Program-made: the position numbers and the translations under genes
The notes under the pieces: generated by a model
The model's input: only the letters and a program-made list of their open reading frames with translations
The model's database searches: none
Told to the model about the DNA's origin: nothing
Part shown: positions 35,570-46,400 of the stretch, piece by piece
Layout of the letters: each line of letters begins with the position of its first letter
How positions within the stretch are numbered: the stretch's first letter is position 1
Assembly (NCBI GenBank): GCA_001655205.1
Contig: LPNZ01009003.1
Coordinates: 1-48,458, forward strand
From: Lenisia limosa
Taxonomy: Eukaryota; Protista; Breviatea
Length of the DNA: 48,458 nt
Reading direction: 5' to 3'

Positions 35570-38105
35570 ATGTCTTGCTGTGGCTGTTCTGATACCTGTG
35601 CTCCCCCCGCCAAGAGATCTAAGTCCCTTGCCGCAGAGGAAGGAGCTGTCCTTTGCCTTGGAAACCCCCTTCTCGACATCACTGCTTCAGTTTGTTGAAA
35701 TTAGTACTTCCTTTTAACTTTGATCAGGTTGATGAGAAGTTCCTCAAGAAGTACGACTTGAAGTCTGGCAACGCCATCCTTGCTGATGAGAAGCACAAGG
35801 ACCTGTGAGCAAGGGAAGCATAAATAGTTTTGAATGGAGTAGTCATGCTATAAAAATTGTGGATATATTCTATTGGACAGAGAAGTTATGCTTCTGCCTT
35901 TGTAATTCTCTGACTGCTATAACGATAATACAGCACTTCTTCCACGAAAACACCTCATCTTACCTGAATCAACTTAACATGTTAGTAATGTATAGTCATT
36001 TGTAGCCGAGAGTCCCCGATTTCACCTCGGATGGTCGCACCCACTTCAATTCTTCAATTCACCTCCCAGCTACAAGGAGATGACTGACTCCATGAAGGTC
36101 GAGTACTCCGCTGGTGGCGCCGGACAGAACTCCGTTCGTGTTGCCCAGGTATGCCAATCTCGGGCCCATGAATAATCCCCACATTGTTTCTCTTCCCTTG
36201 GTCTCTATAACAATTATCATATTGACTCGTCTGTTCTATGACTTGAACGTATAAAGAATGCAAAATTACCACATTCACCCCATACGAAGGTGTCATCGAA
36301 TCCCCTTGTAAATTGGTTTAATTAGTCCCCAGTGGATGCTTAAGGAGCACATGCCCTCCGGAACCTCATACATTGGCTGCATTGGTGACGATGAGTTTGG
36401 CAAGACCCTCAAGAAGGAGGCTGAAAAGGTATTCAACTCATAGTGATGGTGTGGACGTCGGCCAAGTATAACCTTGTTTTTTCTCATCTCTATATTATTT
36501 ACTTTCTGATAATTCTATCTGATTTCTCGATTTGTTTATTTGATCTTTCCATTTTTATTCTGCTATGTCTTTTTATCTTTGTGACCTTCCAGGACGGTCT
36601 TAAGACTTGCTACAAGGTCACTAAGGAACACCCCACTGGAACCTGCGCTGTTCTCGTTGAAGATAAGGAACGGTGGGTGTCTTTCTGGTGCTTCTGTTTG
36701 TCCCGGTAACCTTTTGATATTCGTCTTCTTCGCCTCAACCTCTTTCATTCGCAATTGCTTACATCCCAGTTCTATGGTTGCCAACCTCGGTGCTGCCAAC
36801 CACTACTCTCTCGATCACCTTAAGACTGACGCCAAGGAGTTCGTTGACAAGGCCAAGGTACCGCTCTTTTTCTCGTTTTGTTGACATTTATCTTTGGTTA
36901 TTTTATCATTGATCATTAAGATCTTCTACATCACCGGCTTCCACCTCACCGTCTCACCAGACGCTGTCATGCACATTGCCGAACACTCCGCTGAGAACAA
37001 CAAGGTATGAATAATCGCCTCTCTGCTCTTCGTTTCTTTTTTTTGTGAGGGAGCTGAGCAGCTGCTACCTGTATTCTAAGTTTCACGTTTCAGACCTTCA
37101 TCATGAACCTTGCTGCCCCCTTCATCATTGAGTTCTTCAACGTAAGCAAACCAGTGTGAATATGTATCATATTTTTTGACTCTTGGTTCATCATAATACA
37201 GTAACCATTGCGCACGGTGAATTGCTTTGTTGCCACATATTTAATTCGTTATTTTCATACACCTTAGGAGCCTCTTATGAAGTCTCTCGAGTACACTGAC
37301 ATTGTCTTTGCCAACGAGTCTGAAGCCGGTAAGCCGCTCCCCCATGTACTTTTTTTATATGTTGCCTCCGGTATGATGTGATATCTTACATGATTCTTCC
37401 CGACTATTTCTTATATCTTGTAGCCACCTTCGGCAAGGTCTCCAAGTGGGACACCACCGACCTCAAGGAGATTGCCCGCCGTCTTGCCGCTCTCCCCCAC
37501 AAGGGCTCCTCCAAGACCCGTACCGTCATCTTCACTCAAGTAAGCCCAGCAATATTCTTTCCTTTTGTTACATACACTATCAACTTCACTTTAACCTTTC
37601 AGGGCAAGGACGCTACCATTGTTGCTCACCGCGACGCCAAGACTGGAGAGGTCGAAGTCATGATGGTTGATGTGCCCCTTGTGAAGAAGGAGGAGATCGT
37701 CGATCTCAACGGTGCCGGTGACGCTTTCGTTGGAGGTTTCCTCGCCATGCGTGCTCTCAACAAGGTGAGACGGTACCCATTCTCCGATGTTTGCCAGTAG
37801 GGTTGTTCCAATAAATTCTCTACTTGTTTTGCTTCAGTTCAATTTCTTTTTAGGAATGTGCAACTCATATCCTGATCGAAATCAAGCCAATCTAACACGG
37901 TGTAGTGTACTGACGTTTGCATCGCTGCCGGTAACTACTCCGCTGGTGTCATCATTCGCCGTTCAGGGTATCAGGATTCTTGGGTCCCAATTTTGTCGAT
38001 TTGAGAATGACCATGTTTTTCTTGGCACATGTCCACTAGACTTGCACTCATTCATCCAGATGCACTTTCCCTGAGACTAACCCCGAGTTCAAGATCTGCT
38101 GTTAG
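35570..38105 (+). CDS. ADK: Adenosine kinase (PfkB family)
   Basis: MSCCGCSDTCAPPAKRSK...LGNPLLDITAS|VDEKFLKKYDLKSGNAIL...EYSAGGAGQNSVRVAQ|...YIGCIGDDEFG...MVANLGAANHY...FYITGFHLTVSP...TFIMNLAAPF...DIVFANESEA...VIFTQ|GKD...IVDLNGAGDAFVGGFL...IIRRSGCTFPETNPEFKICC*. Confidence 0.97.
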
Positions 38106-38440
38106 TTTGCATGTTATCAATACTTGCTAAATAGAAGGTCTTCTTACAATCACCTTTCTTTTGATATGCCAGTGATACCAATGATATCGAGGAGGAATGA
38201 TATGCAGATGATATTCAGTGTATAATGCAATCTGAATGCAGTCCAATGGCGATTCAATAATTCAATAATTCTCAGCCACCTGCTGAAGGCAGTCCCGAAT
38301 TAATGCTGCGCTTACGAGGCTAGGGCTGACAACAGGCGTGTCATTTATAACCGAGACCATGGCTCGGAGTGTTTTCTGAAATAATTTAAAAATACCTTTC
38401 CTTCAACCTATTTTGATGCGAAGATAAAGAAATATTCACA

Positions 38441-41400
38441 ATGGGAGGTAGAAGATCATCAAAGAAGAAGAAGGGAAAAGACAAGGCTGAAAAGGTGGAT
38501 GCTAACATAGTAAACGCTATTCTTCCTCTTGGAATTCATGGGTTGTATCAAGAGTACTGTGATTCTAAGCTTCGGCCAAAAGTAAGCTGCTTCTTTCTTC
38601 AGACCTTTGTTTTGGTGCTCTTCCTTACCTTATGTAGGCTCTTTTGAAGGGAAACCGGCCGTTGTCAATGGAAGAAGCCGAATTCGTCTTCGAACTCAAA
38701 AATGTCGGTTTCTAATACCGCTCTTGTGACTTCTCTAGGTGATATACACTCCTCCAGTAGTGATTGATGCAACAAGCGAGCAAAATCCGTCAACTCTGGT
38801 GTACCCCTCCGCCGATTCATCCTTGGTTGGTAAGAGTCTAAAGGACCAAACTCTTCTGTGTCGTTTGCTTCTTCTGCTTCCTTCTGAAAATGAGGAAAAG
38901 TACTCGTGTTTCGTGTGTTTAATTAATCTGATTTGTTCACTTTTTCAGTTTTTTTTTTTGTGGGTAATGACTTCCATCGTTGATGTTCTCCGACTAACTC
39001 TTGAAGAAATTTTGATATTCCATACAATTCTTTGGTTGGACTTTGGGGATTGCTTGAGTCATTTGGGCTCGCAAATATCAGATTATTTTTGCGAAATCTG
39101 AATTTACTTTTTCTGAGTTCATCGAATTGAATCGAACAATATCCTGGTTTGGTCACATTTCAGCCAAAGCGACAGGCAGGAAGAGCGGACAGACCTCCTG
39201 ATCTTCCCGAATTGGCTGAGGGCTGGGGAATGCTGGAAGTGAGAGGGAGTAAACAGCAAGATTCTACTCTCTCTAAGCTTTTTTTGACGTTTTAGGTTGT
39301 GAGTTTGTCTGATGTGCACGGCGACTTCCGAGGAACAGCTGTTCCCGATGGGGATGTGCTTATCATCTCGGGTGACGTGTTCCATCGTCTTGCTGAGACT
39401 GGCGAAGGTGAGCAGGCTTTGTAGTCCATCTTTTCGACAAGGGCTTGTTGAAGACAGATATCTTCAACAAATTGCGTTTTAGAGCATCTAAAGCTCTGTT
39501 ATCTCACCCCTGCAGAAGCGGAAGATGCCATGTCAGATCTGAACGAATGGATTGGTGCACTCCCACATGACCTCAAAATCGTTGTCGCTGGTAACCACGA
39601 AATGGGTATGTGGTTGTGTTGTTTGCAAGCAGTGGATGTGATTTTCTGACCCACTCAGCGTTCGACCATTGGGGAAGTGACATGGTACAGGATATGCTCT
39701 CCAACGCAGTGTACCTTGAGGTAGCTTTTCCTTTCCAATATTGTTCATGGCTACATCCCTCTTCATAGATAGGCGAAATGGATGAAAGATAATAAATATG
39801 TCAAACCAATCTAATATTCACCTATTAGAACTCCGGGATTGTCTTTGAGAATGTGCGCTTCTTTGGATGGCCTTGGAATACTTCGTCCATGGTGAGGCAA
39901 TATTGGGTCATTTTCTGTGGCGAAAACTACTCAATTAAGGATGTTGTTTGGTTGTTTTTCTGCCGATTTCCAAGTTGTATTTGACCCATTCAGGCATTTG
40001 GTACACTGAACCTTCAACCCGAAGCTGAAGTCATTCTTTCGTAAGTCTTGGGCATTCTTTGAGTAGCAAAGTGAAAACTTATTACACATAATACAGCCAG
40101 ATAAGAATTATTTTCTCTAACGTGCACAGATGCAACTGTGATGTCCTTGTTACACACATGCCTATTCTGGGTGTTCTAGACCTGGGAAAATCCTCAACTG
40201 TGAGTCACGCTTCATGTTCTTGTTGCCTGCTTTCTGTCGGAATTAAAAGATACAGCATATCACACTACTACTCTTCATATTCCAATTCCTTGACACTGTT
40301 TTTTTTTTGTTATTTTTGTGTGAAAAGATGTAATATTTCAGGGACACTTCTGCCGATTCTGTGGTACCCATCACGAAGGCTTGCGGTGAGCTCTATTGCT
40401 ATTTTGATTTAGCACATCTGGTCCAAAATATTTGAGTTATCGTCTTGGATTACACTTCTTTAAACAACTACTAATCTGAACAGTCATTGGGGAGATATGG
40501 AGCTGTCTAAGGCGGTACATTTGAGTAAACCAGGCCTTCTCATCCACGGCCACACCCACCCCGGACGAGGCATTATCTGGAGAGGCGAAGGTCGTGTTGA
40601 ACTCTACGGTGTGCAAAGGGGGGATTCCACGATTTGTACTGAAAGTACCTTTTTGGGCACTTTAGAGCATTATTACCCATTCCATCTTTACTTTTAACAG
40701 GAGCTGGCCGGCTTCTCTCCGATCGGTTCTCCAACTGGTCCGACTACATCAGTCTCGGGCGTGGCAGTCTCAATGGATCGTGGGGAGGGGGAGGGGTACT
40801 GCTGTAGATAAAACCAATAAAGTTGGGTCAACTCTGAGCTATTGATGATAATTCCTCACACGACAGTGGCGAAGATGACTATCATCGAAGCAGGAGAGCG
40901 TCAAATGCAGTGGTTTTCTCGGGTCCCTTTAAGAATATGTTGGTTTGGTCCCCCTCCCAAAAACTATGTTAATAGTGTGTGTTTTGTTCATGTTGCCCCC
41001 TCAACAATGTTGTGGTAATTCTTTTCTAATCATGTTTTTTTTCACTTTCTTGGAAATAGTAACCCCTTAGTTACTTCAATCTGAAATACTCTGACCCAGT
41101 TCAACTGTCAGAAGAGGAAATTATCAAAAATCAAAAATGGGTAGGTAATTGGAATAGCTCAATTCAAAACTCTTCGCAAGTTTCTCAACACATTCAAGCG
41201 TCTTCAATATCCAATTTCAAGTAATGTTTGACAAGTTCACTTCTTTAGGTGGAAACGAAAGCTCTGTTGAAGCTTCAAAAGAAAGCCGTGATGAACAAGC
41301 GCAAACCCCCTGAAACCCTCCCTGATAGTACGCCTGGTTCGGCCTTTTGTTTCTTATATTTCAAAACCCCCTGACTCCCTGATAGTACGCCTGGTTCGGC

Positions 41401-42652
41401 CTTTTGTTTCTTATATTTCAAAACGCAAGGGTGTTCACCCTCGCATCTGTGGTAACTATCCAGGTGTAAAAATCAAACCGATGCGCCAACAAGATTTCCA
41501 TCGAGTTACACGGTATGAATTGAAGGGTAAACTGTTTGGGCTTCTAGTTAACCCATCAGACCGAAAGAGGACATTGAGTTGATCAAAGAAGCCGTGACGT
41601 CACCGCCGGTCTGTACCGTTGTCAACAACGCAATGAAGTGGGTGTTCTGTGATACTTCAAGCTTGGTGTTCTATGGTGCACTTCAAGCTTGGTTCCAGGA
41701 CTAACTCCTCAATAATGATGTTGTCTTCTTCAGACTGAGATAGCCATTCTCTCCAATACACCATCTCTAATATCCCCTAGACCCGTTGTATCTACTCTAA
41801 TCATTCATCAAGGCGGTCATGCAATTCCTGAAACAAGAAGGTTGGTTATAAATCACATTATGATACAAAATTGGAATTATTATATCATATATTACATCAC
41901 ATAGCATCATTTGCATACACATGATATGCATATCATATGATATGTACATATAATAACATGTTTTTTTTTGTTGTGGTTTGACTTCAGGTCGCTGACCATT
42001 ATTCCGCCGATGCCACGAAAGGGCCGTCCAGCCAAGATCCGACCGACTTTGTCCCTCCAGGCATGGAGCCCTTGCAAGGTATCACGGATTGTTTTGAATG
42101 CAATGTTGGATAGCCCTCCACTCCCTCTTTTTTTTTTTTTTACCAAACATTCCCAACCTTTAAATACTCCAACTAGAAGGCCTGTTTTGTGTTTAGTAAT
42201 CATAAAAAACTATTCCCACTGTTTTTGTTACACAGCACGCCTAGTAGTACTTTGACCCTTTAGTCCGCTGGCTCTACACCCCTTCATTCCGCTGCCACCA
42301 CACCAAGACCTCCTTCGGTGGGAGGGAGAGGGTCAGTATGCTAATTAACATTAACATGATGACTTGTCTTACGTTGTAGCGGTCGAATCACCTGACAGTA
42401 CCCTCACCTCGCCACCCGAGACCGTCAAGTCCGATGGTAGGCGGTTTCACTGGGTGTGATTTACGTAGGATGGATGTGCATCAGATTTTTTCTTTTTTTT
42501 TAATAAAAAAGCAAAACAAATCAATTTGTACTTGAGCATGATAGGTCCATTCGAACAGGTCCATTTCCTCCTATTACCCATTATAGTCGCGAAGTGTGTC
42601 GAACAACAGTGGATTCTCAGCCTCGTTTGGAATGAGTGATTCCGATGGATAG
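38441..42652 (+). CDS. Metallophosphoesterase, MPPED1/2-like calcineurin-like fold, with a possible long Ser/Pro/Arg-rich C-terminal extension (alternative stop at 41082-41084)
   Basis: Metal motifs are intact across exons: SDVHG, ISGDV, LNEWIGALPHDLKIVVAGNHE, FFGWPW, LVTHMP, HGHTH. The N-terminus is MGGRRSSKKKK. Phase-compatible downstream exons run 41071-42652 and end ...GMSDSDG*. Confidence 0.8.
41304..41427 (+). repeat. ~60-bp tandem duplication spanning an exon end and its donor
   Basis: aaaccccctga..ctccctgatagtacgcctggttcggccttttgtttcttatatttc x2, with junction microhomology aaaac. Confidence 0.92.
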
Positions 42653-43463
42653 AGTGGAGAGTATGGTGACGTCATGTTGTGTTGACAGGGTTGGGTGGGT
42701 TGTTTCGTTGTTTCCTTTGTATTTGTTTGGGTTAAGTCCAAAACATGTTCATGTTTCTTTCTTGATGAAGATTTTGTTGGGTCTCTGACTCGAGCATTGA
42801 GCATTAGACTGTCATTTGAACATTTGTTGAACATTTGATGAAAACAGCTCTGACACAGTTTCACAATTTGAACTGTTTGATCCCACCCATTTCTTCATAA
42901 CTGCACTCAATTTTGGTTGATCACTCCCCCAATGTATATAATTAACAAAAGTGGCAAAAATTTCCCGATCCGCCGCCGGGTCCTCCTACCAGCAATATCA
43001 AAGTGAAATCGGAGTTTTGTCGGAGTTAGCCTGTGACCCGCCGGCGAAGAGTGAAACAAAATCCATGGGGTGTATATATCTTACGGTCTTCCACCCTTAC
43101 ACTACCTATGGCAAAATCTTTAAAACACAACAGTGCAGAAACTGATAAACACTGACACGGAGATACGAGACAGATACTCAGTAGAGAGGATTTGGTTAAA
43201 AAAAAAGGTTCTTTGGAGGGAGGAGAGTCCCTCCTTTCAGGTTTGCTCGCTAAAAGACGGTTAAATACTATATCACTGTATTTGAGCTCCCTCCGGTGGA
43301 TAAAGCCTATCCCACTTACAGTTTTCACTCTTTGGGGCTTTTCGTTACTGTTATCCTGGGTTCCTCTATATAACAACGCCAGTGCTATATTTTCATTATA
43401 TACTGTAGTAAACCAATGTAAACGATTGTTATTGCAGCGTTTTGGCCTTATTCCAGCAGAGCA

Positions 43464-46400
43464 ATGTTTTCCGCCTTCAAGATCGGGGCGCAGGAGCCAA
43501 CATCAATTACTCAGGTGAATGTGATACATGTTTTTTATCTCCTTTGAGACTTTGTTGAATGTTCGTTAATATCTACTTGGCCTCTGCTCTGATGCATCAC
43601 ACACAGGTTGTAAATATTTTAAATTCTGAGTACCAAAATTAATCGTTCTGAGTCGATACTTCATGTGTTTCTTGTGTGTTTTGTGTCTTCAACCTGGTGT
43701 TTGCCAATGCTCTCCTGCATACCTTTAATGTCATCCGTACGGTTCAAGAGATAATCTTTTTAGGACGCATCTTTGCTTCATTACCAAAGACAATCGCCTC
43801 CGGTTGTAGCTTACCACCCAGGTTTTTCTCGTTCCATCGGAGCTCACCCAATTTGGTGCCAACTCTGTCGGCTTTTCAGATGAACACGGGAGGTGGTTTG
43901 TCATCAGGTTTGAAGGGGGTTAGCAGTTGAATTTGGACTATGCAAGATTTCATCCTATTTATACCTTTATTCACCGCCAAATCATTTGGAATCGGTGCTG
44001 ACTGACAATTGCCCATACCTCCCAGGGCTAAGACAATCCAAAACTTAATGCTCATCATCCATGTTATTTTTGTTGTGTTGGAGTAAGGATTAATTCTGAA
44101 CGCAGACCAAATGTGACAGTGGAAGAGGTGTCACCCCATGCGTTTTCTGCACACCCTCCTCGAAACCCTCGACCATCGCAAGTAAGTAATCTTCAATAGA
44201 CAACTCCAGTGGTTCATATTATAAAGTTAAATTATAGATTACTTGTTTCATGTATTTAGATTAAAGCTATACCTCCTTTTTTGGTGTTTGTACATATGAT
44301 ATGATATATATTCACTGAACGCGATAAGTCCTGACACGAATGTTTTTCTTTATATTTATAAAAAATTTACTTCATTTTTCAAATCAAAAGTGGGATACAT
44401 AATCAAGGTGTTCAAATTTATGTTTGAAACTTTTTTTTCTAATATGGATTTTTTAGTGAATCCTTTCACTAAATTCATTAAAAATGACAATATTAGGGCT
44501 GTTTTAGCCAAATTAAATTTATTGTCAATTTACAAAAAACATCATGTTTTTTATGCTTCTTCAAGTCAATGAAAGGAATACTGTTTCATATGATATCATA
44601 AATAAATGTCAAAACGAAAAAACCATTTCCAAAACACAGAAAAAAAAATCGTTTTAGTAGTGAGTCGAGCAACCCAAAGCGGCGATGACGTCACGGCAGC
44701 ATTGAGACATGGCTGACCAGAATGGCGATCATCTCATGATTAATTGAGTCCCATGCGATGTTGAGATGCTATTAAGGATCTTCTTAACTTGGTGTGTCAT
44801 CTTCTTGTTGGATAATCTTCCTGCCCAGGATGCACCAGGCATTCTCAATCAATTTAACGTCGAACTTGTTCTTCAAATGCTGGTGAAAACTCATAGAACA
44901 GTGAACATTGGTACTCACAAAACAAGCGCGTGGGTTTCACTAAATTCAATAATGACAAAATAGTACCAAATACTGTCAATTTTGATGAATTCAGTGAATG
45001 GATTCACTAAAAAATTTGTAGATTGAAAAATGGTGGAAGACAAAAATTTGGACACTTTGTCTCATAAACCCAACTTTTAATTTGAAAAATACATGAAATT
45101 CCGTTTACATATGAAGAAAAACATTCGTGGACGTATAATTATACAATATATCTATCATATAGTAGAGTATTATTATCTATCATAGTATGTAAAGTATTAT
45201 TTCGCTTTTTACTGAAAAATGGAATCTAGACAAGCGATTACAACCCAGGGTCTTCTTGGAGTATTACGTATTGACGGAAACGCCTGGCTACTCAGTGTCT
45301 CCAAAACAGACGAGGTATCTTGGACCTTCACCCCAAAAAGTTCTTGACATTGATGAGCGTTCTATCTCTTAGTCTTATAATGCTAAATGAATACAATCAA
45401 GCACCTTTTGTCAGCATGACACTTATGCCAATGGCCTAATCTACCACAGCGCTCACCCTTTAGGTGTGCAAACTGCCTTCTCCTGAGGCCTCTATCCTGG
45501 TCATCAAGGACATTGACACCATTCCCATTGGACTGACGGCAAGCCAGAACTTCGGATCAGGCATCTTCGGTGGCGACAATAAGCCCTTCAGGTCTGCGGG
45601 CATGGAACAAAATGCCACCCAACTAACTGTGTTAAAAACACCGCCTTCCTTGGACAAAAGCTCATTGATGTAGTGCGGTGAAAAGCCTTATTTGTGGTGG
45701 TGGGTTCTACTTCACCCGGCACGCACGTGACCTGACCCTCACAACGCAGCAGTCATTCGAGGTATATTATGGCATATGGATCCATCTGGATATCCCGACG
45801 TATATTTTGATGATTCAGCCTTCCCCATACATTTATATTCCCTATTTGACCGTTAAGCCATTCCCCGTGCCCCAAGCACGTCATTTCCTCTGGAACGTGG
45901 GGCTGACTTGTGGTGTCGACCCCCTACCCTGTGTTCAGCTTCTTCATGGCTCCGTCAACTTCTCCAAGATCCCGGGCAGGTCAAACTTGGGCAAGGTTCG
46001 TGGGGTTGTGTTGCGTTGAGTGTTCGTATCTTTTGGAATGACACCCCTCCTACACTATTAACATTTCCGTACACCCAGACGGAGTTGAACGTCGCGCTCA
46101 TTTCAAGGATTTCAGCTGGCCGTGCAGGGACAAGGTTTAAAGTGAGCGCTTCCTTTTAGCATATTGTACTAGGCTCTTGTCTGTTGGATCTTGTCTAAGA
46201 TATTTAGCTTCAAGGGTTTTACTTTTGGACGGTTTAATAGAGCTGTAACCGTTACCTCCCCCCCAGGTACGAGGCATTGATGACAACGGCTCCGTTGCGA
46301 CTTTCGTTGAGACTGAGCAAATCACTTGGGTAGGGTAGTGGGAGCATACCATGTAGTATATTTGACATATGCATCATTATACCATATAAAATTATGGGGG

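Noticed and set aside
41806-41829. HQGGHAIP resembling the FSH1/OVCA2 serine hydrolase catalytic-His motif
   Set aside because: No GxSxG nucleophile motif or P.LH..G..D motif appears in the surrounding exons, so it is probably coincidental.
43876-44058. Minus-strand ORF with a signal-peptide-like start (MSIKFWIVLALGG...APIP) suggesting a nested gene
   Set aside because: It is only 60 aa, and the GC-rich sequence beside it is explained by phase-compatible plus-strand exons of the SAC gene (DASLLHYQRQSPP, VFLVPSELTQFG...).
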